DNA of 64,000 nt from Candidatus Nealsonbacteria bacterium (GTDB lineage Bacteria; Patescibacteriota; Minisyncoccia; Minisyncoccales; MHMH01): positions 13,197 to 77,196 of the forward strand of contig JACPGX010000001.1 of the NCBI GenBank assembly GCA_016188865.1. The letters are read 5' to 3'. Each line of letters opens with the position of its first letter. The first letter of the stretch is position 1. The position numbers and the translations under genes are program-made. A model generated the notes under the pieces. It saw only the letters and a program-made list of their open reading frames with translations. It had not been told where the DNA came from and ran no database searches. Below, piece after piece: positions 55,615 to 63,495 of this stretch.

Positions 55615-55649
55615 AAAGGCCTAGAGATAAATCTCTGGGCCTTTCTTTT
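55615..55649 (+). terminator. intrinsic terminator after 54933-55586
   Basis: aaaggcctagagat/atctctgggccttt stem + TCTTTT. Confidence 0.65.
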
Positions 55650-55696
55650 CACAAACGCAGGAGTTAATGATTGATGTCGTAAACCAATCATAAAAG

Positions 55697-55727
55697 AATC
55701 CGTGGAACTTCCGCGGATTATTTTTTT
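55697..55727 (+). terminator. second tandem plus-strand terminator
   Basis: aatccgtgg/ccgcggatt stem + A TTTTTTT. Confidence 0.6.
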
Positions 55728-55776
55728 GAAGGATAAAACCAGAGTTGACACCATTTTTACCATCGGCCGCAGAAAT

Positions 55777-55804
55777 AAATACACCGGTTGAACCGGTGTA
55801 TTTT
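55777..55804. terminator. palindromic AAATAC..GTATTT hairpin downstream of the tRNA-Lys locus
   Basis: aaatacaccggtt g aaccggtgtattt, 13-bp stem. Confidence 0.55.
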
Positions 55805-55837
55805 GCAATGGGCCTGCCGGGACTCGAACCCGGAACC

Positions 55838-55889
55838 ATCACCTTAAAAGGTTTATCCGCCTTTGGCGGAGTGTTGCTCCCTGCCTGCC
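55838..55889 (-). repeat. 52-nt direct repeat, copy 1 (intact anticodon loop CTTTTAA)
   Basis: 51/52 identical to 56250-56301. Confidence 0.85.
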
Positions 55890-55913
55890 CGACAGGCGGG
55901 ACTACTAAGATTA

Positions 55914-55986
55914 TGGGTCTGGCGCGAATCGAACGCGCAACCTCTTCCTTAAAAGGGAATTGCTCTACCAATTGAGCTACAGACCC
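55914..55986 (-). tRNA. tRNA-Lys(UUU)
   Basis: GGGTCTG-TA-GCTC-AATTGGTA-GAGC-A-ATTCC-CTTTTAA-GGAAG-AGGTT-GCGCG-TTCGATT-CGCGC-CAGACCC-A. Confidence 0.9.
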
Positions 55987-55997
55987 ATGATACTAAT

Positions 55998-56246
55998 TTA
56001 TTTTTGTATAAACTTCTTTAAAAACTCTCTGCCTATTCCGCTTTTTAAATACTTTTCTCGTTTTCTGGCCACATCGCTATTTTCTACTTTTTCGCAATAT
56101 ATTAAATCAAATGGACCACGATTTTTTGTAGAAGGAGTTGCTTTACTGCCATGATTATGTTGATTTATTCTACGGGTTAAATTATTGGTGATGCCAGTAT
56201 AACGCTTTTTATCTTTTTTACTTTTAATTACATAAACAAAATACAT
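55998..56246 (-). CDS. small GIY-YIG (URI-domain) nuclease
   Basis: 82 aa; YFVYVIKS..KRYTGITNNLTRRINQH..; ATG 5 nt after AAGGTGAT, which is the 3' anticodon-stem of the interrupted tRNA. Confidence 0.8.
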   Translation of the reverse strand: MYFVYVIKSKKDKKRYTGITNNLTRRINQHNHGSKATPSTKNRGPFDLIYCEKVENSDVARKREKYLKSGIGREFLKKFIQK

Positions 56247-56249
56247 AAT

Positions 56250-56301
56250 ATCACCTTAAAGGGTTTATCCGCCTTTGGCGGAGTGTTGCTCCCTGCCTGC
56301 C
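56250..56301 (-). repeat. 52-nt direct repeat, copy 2 (loop mutated to CCTTTAA)
   Basis: Single difference from copy 1 falls on U33 of the anticodon loop. Confidence 0.85.
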
Positions 56302-56369
56302 GGCAGACAAGGTACCAATTGACCCGCCTATCGGCGGGCAGGGCTACAGGCCCCTATACAAAAAACTTT

Positions 56370-57479
56370 TTACAACCCTTCTTCTTTTAATCTTTCTAAT
56401 AACTCTTTTTGCTTTTTTGTCAACTTCTTGGGAGTTTTTATAATCAACTCTACATACATATCGCCTCTGCCATAACCCTGAAAATGCGGGATGCCTTTTC
56501 CGGAAATTCGCAAAATTTTGCCGGATTCTGCCCCTTCGGGAACCTTCAATAAAATCTTGGTACCCTCTAGAGCCGGCACTTCAACCTCATCACCTAAACC
56601 AGCTTGAGAAAAAGAAATTTCGCGGCTTAAATAAAGGTCATCACCCTTTCTCTCAAAAATCGTGTGCTTTTTAACAAAAATTCTCACATAAAGGTCGCCG
56701 GCTTTTCCGCCTTTTCTGCCTGCCTCTCCCCCGCCTCCGACTTTAATTACTTGATTTGTATCAACGCCGGCCGGAATAGAAATCTTTATTTTATCATCGC
56801 CCTTTACTCTGCCTTCCCCCTTGCAAACATTGCAAGGCTTTGCCGGCCTATAGCCCTCACCGCCGCACTCTGGGCATACTGCATAGCGGGTAACCGTTCC
56901 AAACATAGTTTTCCTTATTTGCTGGACTTCGCCTGTGCCGCGGCAAGAAAAACACTCGTTAACTGAAGTGCCGGGTTCAGCTCCTTTGCCCTGGCAGCGA
57001 CTGCAAACAACTTGTTTATATAAAGAGATTTCTTCTTTTCTTTCGTTAAGCGTTGCTTCCAGGGGAATCTCCATTTCAATTTCTATATCTTTGCCCCTTT
57101 TTAAATCTTTTTTTCCGCCGCTACGCATGCCAAACCCAAACATTTCTCCGAAAATATCACCCAAATCCATTTCGTCAAAATCTTCGCCGAATCTATCTTT
57201 CATAGATTCGAAATCAAAGCCAAATCCCTGGCCGCCTTGACCGGGAAAATCCCAACCCGGAGCTTGTCCGCCTTCAAAAACTCTGCCAAATTGGTCATAC
57301 TGGTTTCTTTTTTCAGAATCAGAAAGCACCCTATAAGCCTCGCTTACTTCTTTAAACTTTTCGGCATCGCCGCCCTTATCGGGGTGATACTGATGAGCTA
57401 ATTTCCTGTAGGCTCTCTTTATTTCTTCTTGGTTGGCGTTTTTTTGAATGCCTAAAATTTGATAATAGTCTTTTGCCAT
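56370..57479 (-). CDS. dnaJ: chaperone DnaJ
   Basis: [15 protein letters not shown]-domain, G/F region, four CxxCxGxG repeats; ORF-track upstream extension rejected. Confidence 0.9.
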   Translation of the reverse strand: MAKDYYQILGIQKNANQEEIKRAYRKLAHQYHPDKGGDAEKFKEVSEAYRVLSDSEKRNQYDQFGRVFEGGQAPGWDFPGQGGQGFGFDFESMKDRFGEDFDEMDLGDIFGEMFGFGMRSGGKKDLKRGKDIEIEMEIPLEATLNERKEEISLYKQVVCSRCQGKGAEPGTSVNECFSCRGTGEVQQIRKTMFGTVTRYAVCPECGGEGYRPAKPCNVCKGEGRVKGDDKIKISIPAGVDTNQVIKVGGGGEAGRKGGKAGDLYVRIFVKKHTIFERKGDDLYLSREISFSQAGLGDEVEVPALEGTKILLKVPEGAESGKILRISGKGIPHFQGYGRGDMYVELIIKTPKKLTKKQKELLERLKEEGL

Positions 57480-57510
57480 TGTGATATTAGGAGGTCCGAC
57501 CTCAAAATAT

Positions 57511-59403
57511 TTATTTTTCTTTATATTGGCCTTCCTCCGGGCCCTTCTTCTCTTCCGGCTTCTTTTCCTGCTGAGCTGCCTTATATAACTCCGCTCCAAC
57601 TTTCTGAATTGCTTGCGAGAGCTCTGAAGTTTTTTGCTTAATTTCTTCTATATTATCACCGTCTTTGACTTTTTTCAAAGCTTCAACTTTTTCGGTAATC
57701 TCTTTTTTAACATCAGCTGAAACTTTGTCGCCAGCTTCCCTTAAGGTTTTCTCGGTAGTATAAACCAAATTATCAGCTAAATTTTTAGCTTCGATAGATT
57801 CTCTTTTCTTTTGATCCTCAGCGGCGTGCATTTCGGCTTCTTTTTTCATTCTTTCAACCTCTTCTTTAGAAAGACCGGTAGAGCCCTCAATTCTTATTGA
57901 TTGCGACTTGCCGGTAGCTTTATCTTTAGCGGTAACCGACAAAATTCCGGAAGCATCAACGTCAAAAGTTAACTCAACTTGAGGAATGCCGCGAGGAGCC
58001 GGCGGAATGCCGTCTAAAACGAACTTGCCTAAGGACCTGTTATCCTGGACCATGGGCCTTTCTCCCTGTAAAACATTAATTTCCACTGCCGGCTGGCTAT
58101 CAGCTGCCGTAGAAAAAATCTGGCTTTTGGAAGTAGGTATTGTGGTATTTTTGGCAATCATTACAGTATTAACTCCTCCAAGGGTTTCTATTCCAAGCGA
58201 TAACGGCAAAACATCCAAAAGCAATACGCTTTTAATATCGCCCTCCGGAGCCCTGCCCTCTTCTTTGGCTTTTAGAATTTCAGCTTGAATGGCAGCTCCC
58301 GTTGCAACCACTTCTTCCGGATTAATAGATTTATTCGGCTCTCTGCCGAAAAACTTTTTAACTTCTTCTCTAACCGAAGGAATTAAAGTGGTACCGCCCA
58401 CCAAAACAACTTCATTAATGTCTTTTTTCGTCAATTTAGTTTCAGCTAAAGTTTTTTCAGCTCTTTCAATTGACCTTTCCACCAAATCGCGGGTTAAATC
58501 TTCAAATTTAGCTCGGTTGATTTTGTAATAAAGATGCTTTGGTCCGGCGGAATCAGCTGAAACAAAGGGCAAATTAATTTCTGTTTCCAAAGCTGAAGAT
58601 AATTCTATTTTGGCTTTTTCAGCAGCTTCCTTAACTCTTTGCAAGGCTAAGGGATCTTTTGATAAATCAATCCCCTGCTCTTTTTGAAATTGCTCAATAA
58701 TCCAATTCATTATTCTCTGGTCAAAGTCTTCTCCGCCCAAATGCGGCTCGCCGCCGGTAGATAACACCTCAACAGTATCGGGAGAAACTTCTAGGACGGT
58801 AACATCAAGGGTTCCACCGCCGAAATCGTAAACTATGACTTTTTGGTTTTCTTTCTTGCCAAAACCATACGCTAAGGCAGCGGCAGTCGGCTCGTTGATA
58901 ATCCTTAAAACATTAAATCCTGCTACTTCGCCTGCGGTTTTTGTGGCTTTCCTTTGAGAATCGTCAAAGTTAGCCGGGCAGGTAATCACAACCGCCCCCA
59001 CCTTATCTCCTAGTTTTTCTTCGGCATCAGCTTTAATCTTCTGTAAAATCATGGAAGAAATCTCAATTGGCGTATGCCAAGCTTCCCCCATTTTAATTTC
59101 TACGCCGCCATCTGACCTTTCCCTTGTTTCATAAGGCAATCTTTTTAACTCCTTTTGGACTTCAGGGTCTTGGAATCTTCTGCCAATAAACCTTTTAACA
59201 GCGAAAATAGTGTTTTTAGGATTGGTAACTGCCTGCCTTTTGGCCAAATCTCCTACCAATCTTTCGCCTGATTTTGTCAAAGCGACAATCGAAGGTATTA
59301 AAACAGAACCCTCTCTTGAATCTAAACACTTTGGCTCTCCCTGAACGATGGAAGCCATCTTAGAAATTGATGTACCTAAGTCGATACCGATAACTTTTGT
59401 CAT
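57511..59403 (-). CDS. dnaK: chaperone DnaK (Hsp70)
   Basis: VIGIDLGTS.., ..DFGGGTLDV.. Confidence 0.95.
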   Translation of the reverse strand: MTKVIGIDLGTSISKMASIVQGEPKCLDSREGSVLIPSIVALTKSGERLVGDLAKRQAVTNPKNTIFAVKRFIGRRFQDPEVQKELKRLPYETRERSDGGVEIKMGEAWHTPIEISSMILQKIKADAEEKLGDKVGAVVITCPANFDDSQRKATKTAGEVAGFNVLRIINEPTAAALAYGFGKKENQKVIVYDFGGGTLDVTVLEVSPDTVEVLSTGGEPHLGGEDFDQRIMNWIIEQFQKEQGIDLSKDPLALQRVKEAAEKAKIELSSALETEINLPFVSADSAGPKHLYYKINRAKFEDLTRDLVERSIERAEKTLAETKLTKKDINEVVLVGGTTLIPSVREEVKKFFGREPNKSINPEEVVATGAAIQAEILKAKEEGRAPEGDIKSVLLLDVLPLSLGIETLGGVNTVMIAKNTTIPTSKSQIFSTAADSQPAVEINVLQGERPMVQDNRSLGKFVLDGIPPAPRGIPQVELTFDVDASGILSVTAKDKATGKSQSIRIEGSTGLSKEEVERMKKEAEMHAAEDQKKRESIEAKNLADNLVYTTEKTLREAGDKVSADVKKEITEKVEALKKVKDGDNIEEIKQKTSELSQAIQKVGAELYKAAQQEKKPEEKKGPEEGQYKEK

Positions 59404-59443
59404 AATTTTTATTTTTTTATTTTTTATTAATTTTATTAGCGAC

Positions 59444-59471
59444 TTGACAAACTATATGAATATGCTAAGAT
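59444..59471 (+). promoter_or_regulatory. candidate promoter TTGACA-16-TAAGAT (TGn-extended)
   Basis: ttgaca 59444-59449; tgc-taagat 59463-59471. Confidence 0.4.
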
Positions 59472-59477
59472 AATCAT

Positions 59478-59657
59478 GCTGAGCTGAGTCATTGGATTAC
59501 CCGGAGCGCGAGCCTCGTGTTCCCCTCCTTCGGCGGACAGTGTGGCCATTTCAATAAGTCCATGCTTTCGATGATTCAGTTCAGTAGTATATAAATATAT
59601 ATAATATAGTTAGTAGTAAGTCCCTTTGACTGCGCTGCGGTCGAAGGGACATTTTTT
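59478..59657 (+). ncRNA. candidate small RNA antisense-oriented in the grpE-dnaK spacer
   Basis: 14-bp closing helix CTGAGCTGAGTCAT/ATGATTCAGTTCAG with two G.U pairs valid only on + strand; apical UCC-UUCGGC-GGA; terminator gtccctttgac..gtcgaagggac + TTTTTT (59620-59657). Confidence 0.4.
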
Positions 59658-60120
59658 ATTTAACTACCTTCACCTTAGCGGGTCTCAATAATCGACCGTT
59701 AATTATATAACCCTTCTGGATTTCTTCAATTATTACACCGGGTTCTTTACCCCTTTCCTCAACTTCTCCAACAATCTCGTGCCAATTTGCGTCAAATTTT
59801 TCTCCCACGGTTTTTATTTCTTCCATTCCCTGACTTTTAAGTAAATCCTGAAGTTGTTTTTTAATTTGCAATAAACCTCGTATATTATCATCTTCTTTAT
59901 TCGATAAATTCTTTTCGGCTGACTCAAAGTTATCTAAAATCGGCAATACTTTCAAAACCAATTCTTCAGTGCCGTATTTTAGCAGCTCGGCGATTCTTTC
60001 CATTTCTTCTTTTTTATAATTCAAAAAATCAGCTCTCGCCCTTTGCCAACCTGCCAGATATTCTTCTTTCTGCTTGTCGCATTCTTCCAGCTTCTTTTTA
60101 ATCTCTAAATTCTCGTCCAT
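59656..60120 (-). CDS. grpE: nucleotide exchange factor GrpE
   Basis: 154 aa; ..RARADFLNYKKE.., operon position. Confidence 0.85.
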   Translation of the reverse strand: MDENLEIKKKLEECDKQKEEYLAGWQRARADFLNYKKEEMERIAELLKYGTEELVLKVLPILDNFESAEKNLSNKEDDNIRGLLQIKKQLQDLLKSQGMEEIKTVGEKFDANWHEIVGEVEERGKEPGVIIEEIQKGYIINGRLLRPAKVKVVK

Positions 60121-60764
60121 ATTTCTTGAATTAACTTAATATTCCTATCATAACTCATTCTTTTGGGCCCTAAAAGAGCAAAAAGTCCGCCATTAAATCC
60201 AGCAGTAATAATGCTGAAATCTTTGACTTTTGACACTGGATTTTCCTTGCCGATATAAATTTTAACTTCCGGTAAATATAATTCTTCAATATTTTCCTCA
60301 AAATCATCAATCATTTTCGCAAAGCTCGCCGCAAGCCCGGGCTCTAAAAATTCCGGCTCTTCAAAAATATCCTGCCAACCATCTTTCCAAACGATTTTTT
60401 CATCAGCCAAATACCCAAAGGCCAATTCGGAAGATTCTTCAGCTAAAAATCTGGTAGCTGTTTTGATAAATTCGAAAGAATCATCGATTTGCTTATCTAA
60501 TTCCTTTTCAATATTCAAACTATTTTTTAACAGCTCATTTACGAAAAACCTATAGCCTTTATCAGTAGGCACCCTGCCCGCCGAAGTATGCGGCTGGGAA
60601 AGATACCCCTCATCGGCAAGTTCCTGCATCTCATTCCTGATGGTAGCGGGCGAAATGCCAAGTTTATGCTTCTTTTCAAGCAATTTAGAGCTTATCGGCT
60701 CCGCCAAAACAATGTAGTCCCTGACAATCCTATTTAAAATTTCTCCCTGCCTTTCCGTAATCAT
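60105..60764 (-). CDS. hrcA: heat-inducible repressor HrcA (short)
   Basis: MITERQGEILNRIVRDYI..PISS..L......SPATIRNEM..L...GYL.QPHTSAGRVPT; ATG at 60764. Confidence 0.85.
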   Translation of the reverse strand: MITERQGEILNRIVRDYIVLAEPISSKLLEKKHKLGISPATIRNEMQELADEGYLSQPHTSAGRVPTDKGYRFFVNELLKNSLNIEKELDKQIDDSFEFIKTATRFLAEESSELAFGYLADEKIVWKDGWQDIFEEPEFLEPGLAASFAKMIDDFEENIEELYLPEVKIYIGKENPVSKVKDFSIITAGFNGGLFALLGPKRMSYDRNIKLIQEIWTRI

Positions 60765-60771
60765 CAAGAGT

Positions 60772-60799
60772 ATTATAGCAAACCCAAATTAGCAGTCAA
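60772..60799 (-). promoter_or_regulatory. hrcA promoter TTGACT-16-TATAAT, 7 nt before ATG (leaderless geometry)
   Basis: Minus strand cTTGACTgctaatttgggtttgcTATAATactcttgATG; -35 overlaps CIRCE. Confidence 0.6.
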
Positions 60800-60815
60800 G
60801 GCCTTCGAGTGATAA
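60789..60815. promoter_or_regulatory. CIRCE operator (HrcA binding site)
   Basis: TTAGCAGTC-N9-GAGTGATAA vs consensus TTAGCACTC-N9-GAGTGCTAA (one mismatch per arm). Confidence 0.8.
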
Positions 60816-60846
60816 CAAAAAGCCCTGGCGTTGAAGCCAAGGCTTT
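60813..60846 (-). terminator. intrinsic terminator after AAA+ gene 60851-62476
   Basis: agccttggc/gccagggct stem followed on minus strand by TTTTTGTT. Confidence 0.65.
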
Positions 60847-60850
60847 ATAC

Positions 60851-62476
60851 TTAATCTCTCAAAAAGCCGATGGAGTTATCTCTTCTGTGGTTATAATAAT
60901 CCTTTTTTGCCTTCTCTAGAATTTCCTGGCTCTCGCAAATAGTCTTTGCCGCGGCCAAAACATATTCTACCGGAACTGAATCTAAATGATCATAGGAGGC
61001 CCTGTCGGCTGCGTTTATAACGGCATTTTTGATCTCACGACCATTTATCTCAAACTTAACTAATTCGCACAGTATCTTCTCCGTCAGGCCGGAAACTGAC
61101 AAATTCTCGGAAAAAATTCCCTGCCAAACCTTTTTTCTTTTCTCATCATCTAGAGCAGGAAAACAAATCTGGCATCTTATCCGCGAATTAATAGCTGGAT
61201 CAATATCAATTGGCCGATTAGTCGTCAGCCACAAAATCCCTCTTTCCAATCTTTCGAGATTTCTTAATACTGCCTGTATCCTCCAACTCACATCATATGA
61301 AGTAGCTTCGCGAGAGAGCAAAATTCCTTCTGCCTCATCAATAATGGTAACAGCGTTCCATCTTTCAGTTTTATCGATAACTTCCTTTAAGGCTTGCTCA
61401 AAGTGGCCAGCAATGGGGATGAGGTTTGTGGAATCAGCTATAAAAAGTGGCCGGCCTAGCAATTCAGCTAAAGCTTCGCCCGTCATTGTTTTGCCGGTGC
61501 CCGAAGGACCGATAGCTAAAAATATTTTTCCTCTCCCCCTATGAAAAACCTTTCCCAGCCCCCATTGAGAAAGAATTTTTTCCTCGCTATAAACGAGGGA
61601 AAGAATTTCTTTACGGGTTTTTTCATCCATAACTATTCGATCAAACATCTTCCTATCAAATTGCCTGCGCCGAATTTGAGAAGAAGAAAACTCTACATTA
61701 TGCTGATAAGACGGAAGGTAAACATTATACCTTTGCCCGGGCACCAAAGGAACCTCAAAAACATCTCTTTGCCGTACAAGTGGCCGCTTGCCATATGCTA
61801 AGGATAATTCTACATTAACCCCGGTTTTATTAGCCAACTGGTATGGAGAATTAATCTGATTCAGATTAGCGCCTTCGCGTCCTTTCGGGCTATCGATAAC
61901 TCCTTTCAGCCCTTTTGGAAAAGCGTGGGAAGCAGCTCCCATCATTGGCGACTCCATCTTTATAGTGGTGTCTCCAGTCAATTCCACCGCATCTCCCTCA
62001 TTAAAAATAATCTCTTCTGGAGAAAAATTACTTTCTCGATTTTTAACAAAAAGGCGATAAGTATCTTCTGAAACTGCTTTCAAATCTTTAATCCGGACGG
62101 AGTATTCTCTCGGCTCAATTGCCTGCGCCGCTGAATTTAGAGGCATAACTTTGGCCTCTGGCACGAAATCCTGGTCAGTGAAAAAAACTTTTTGGATCTG
62201 AACTTTCGTTACTAAACACTTAGATCCCGGAGGCAAGAAGGTATAACGAGTGCCCTCCTTTAATTCAAAAATATGGCCGATTTTTGGCAGGACAACGCCA
62301 TTGATATCTATGAATGATCCCGGGGAAGCTGACTGCTTCTTAATTATATTGCAGATACGCCATGCCTCAGAAAGGCTAAAACTGTGACTCTTTTTCCATA
62401 ATTTGCGGCTCTTCCTTCCTCTAGCCGGATTAAAAAGCTTATCTATGGGATTCAATCTGTCGTTGTCATCACTCAT
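60851..62476 (-). CDS. AAA+ ATPase with large uncharacterised N-terminal domain
   Basis: Walker A GPSGTGKT, Walker B IIDEAE, ..TTNRPIDIDPAINSRI..; start at MSDDND (62476) after GGGGAGGA SD. Confidence 0.75.
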   Translation of the reverse strand: MSDDNDRLNPIDKLFNPARGRKSRKLWKKSHSFSLSEAWRICNIIKKQSASPGSFIDINGVVLPKIGHIFELKEGTRYTFLPPGSKCLVTKVQIQKVFFTDQDFVPEAKVMPLNSAAQAIEPREYSVRIKDLKAVSEDTYRLFVKNRESNFSPEEIIFNEGDAVELTGDTTIKMESPMMGAASHAFPKGLKGVIDSPKGREGANLNQINSPYQLANKTGVNVELSLAYGKRPLVRQRDVFEVPLVPGQRYNVYLPSYQHNVEFSSSQIRRRQFDRKMFDRIVMDEKTRKEILSLVYSEEKILSQWGLGKVFHRGRGKIFLAIGPSGTGKTMTGEALAELLGRPLFIADSTNLIPIAGHFEQALKEVIDKTERWNAVTIIDEAEGILLSREATSYDVSWRIQAVLRNLERLERGILWLTTNRPIDIDPAINSRIRCQICFPALDDEKRKKVWQGIFSENLSVSGLTEKILCELVKFEINGREIKNAVINAADRASYDHLDSVPVEYVLAAAKTICESQEILEKAKKDYYNHRRDNSIGFLRD

Positions 62477-62543
62477 TTCTTTATCCTCCCCATATATATT
62501 GCAAAAGAGCTTCGACACCGCATCATAATCTAAATTTTTAAAT

Positions 62544-62571
62544 TTGTCAATAAGCTGGGTTATGATAAGAT
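62544..62571 (+). promoter_or_regulatory. corA promoter TTGTCA-16-TAAGAT, 8 nt before ATG (leaderless geometry)
   Basis: ttgtca 62544-62549, taagat 62566-62571, ATG 62580. Confidence 0.5.
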
Positions 62572-62579
62572 TAGTAAAT

Positions 62580-63491
62580 ATGCGCAATATAATTCAAAAC
62601 GAAAAAACAACATGGATCGATATAACTAAACCTACCAAACAGGATGTTGAATATTTGAAAAACCAATATCGCTTTCATCCGATGGTTTTAGATCAGTTAA
62701 TCCCCCGCGTTTATCATCCAAGACTGGAAACCAAGCCTGATTACCTTTTTATTATCATCAACTATCCCCAGTACCACGAAACCGATAAAGAAGTATCTCC
62801 CAGAGAGTTAGATATAATCCTTACTAAAAATACTATCATTACCAATCACTTCAGACCGTTTTTTGTCTTGGAAAATTTATTCAAAACATGCCAAAGGCCA
62901 GAAATAGAAGGTGAAAAATATTTAGACAAGGGACCGGGCTTTGTTTTATTTTCCATTCTGGATACCTTTTGGCGCGATTCTTTATTAAAATTAAACAAGC
63001 TAAGCGACGAAATCGACAAAATAGAGAAAAGAATTTTTAAGGGCGTGGAAAAAGAAATGGTAATAGAAATCTCTCATATAAAAACGGACATAATGGATTT
63101 TTGGCGGATAATTGACCCTCAATTTGAAATAATGAAATCACTGGAGAAAGAAGGGCCTAAATTTTTTGGTGAAGAATTTTCTTTTCATTTTTCCGACATG
63201 CTGCAAACTTATGAAAGAGTCTGGCAAGCTCTAAAAGCGCACAAAGAAACAATTTTGGCCCTGGAAGACACTAATCGCTCGCTGCTTACTATTAAAACTA
63301 ACGAAATTATAAAAATTCTAACTATTTTTTCACTGATACTCATGCCGCCGACTTTATTAGCTTCAATCTGGGGCATGAATGTCAAGCTGCCTTTCGGGCA
63401 GCATCAATCCGGCTTTTGGATTGTTGGCGCAATAATGGCCATAGTGCTGGTTACCATGTTTATTTATTTCAGAAAGAAAAAGTGGCTCTAA
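62580..63491 (+). CDS. corA: magnesium/cobalt transporter CorA
   Basis: C-terminal two TMs with WGMNV (GMN) motif; start at MRNIIQNE. Confidence 0.85.
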   Translation: MRNIIQNEKTTWIDITKPTKQDVEYLKNQYRFHPMVLDQLIPRVYHPRLETKPDYLFIIINYPQYHETDKEVSPRELDIILTKNTIITNHFRPFFVLENLFKTCQRPEIEGEKYLDKGPGFVLFSILDTFWRDSLLKLNKLSDEIDKIEKRIFKGVEKEMVIEISHIKTDIMDFWRIIDPQFEIMKSLEKEGPKFFGEEFSFHFSDMLQTYERVWQALKAHKETILALEDTNRSLLTIKTNEIIKILTIFSLILMPPTLLASIWGMNVKLPFGQHQSGFWIVGAIMAIVLVTMFIYFRKKKWL

Positions 63492-63495
63492 GCTG

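Larger units (their letters stand above)
55809..56353 (-). pseudogene. outer tRNA-Lys(UUU)-like gene carrying three ~20-nt hairpin insertions and a 360-nt GIY-YIG + tRNA-Lys cassette
   Basis: GGGCCTG-TA-GC[ins1 56342-56323]TC-AATTGGTA[ins2 56312-56292]GAGC-A-A-CAC[ins3 56282-56264]C-loop-GGTG-A.. then cassette, then repeat of the last 52 nt and TGGTT-CCGGG-TTCGAGT-CCCGG-CAGGCCC-A (to 55809). Confidence 0.6.

Noticed and set aside
55838-55860. Reading the outer tRNA anticodon loop as TTTTAAG (anticodon UUA, ochre suppressor)
   Set aside because: Treating TCCGCCAAAGGCGGATAAA as an insertion in the 5' stem strand gives a regular CACC/GGTG stem and a 7-nt loop CTTTTAA (UUU, Lys), matching the inner tRNA.
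55602-55975. ORFs 55602-55808(-), 55621-55971(-), 55745-55975(+)
   Set aside because: They run through two terminators, a palindromic hairpin and the tRNA-Lys sequences, so they are non-coding.
55890-56249. Interpreting the tRNA-Lys interruption as a group I intron with a homing endonuclease
   Set aside because: The 360 nt are fully accounted for by an 82-codon ORF, a 73-nt tRNA and short spacers, leaving no room for a group I core. The break is in the variable loop with a 52-nt direct repeat, which introns do not make.
59478-59592. Assignment of the grpE-dnaK spacer hairpin as SRP (4.5S) RNA
   Set aside because: Size and shape fit, but the conserved domain-IV features (GNAR tetraloop closed by UCC/GGA followed by AGCA) are not present in either orientation. 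It is left as an unclassified candidate.
61029-61544. Long antisense or shadow ORFs (e.g. 61029-61544, 43282-43707, 33685-34143, 36833-37258, 39757-40218, 15080-15481, 5410-5817, 25865-26260, 26600-26983, 32932-33273)
   Set aside because: Each lies opposite to, or out of frame within, a well-supported conserved gene and shows low-complexity, serine/leucine-rich shadow composition.
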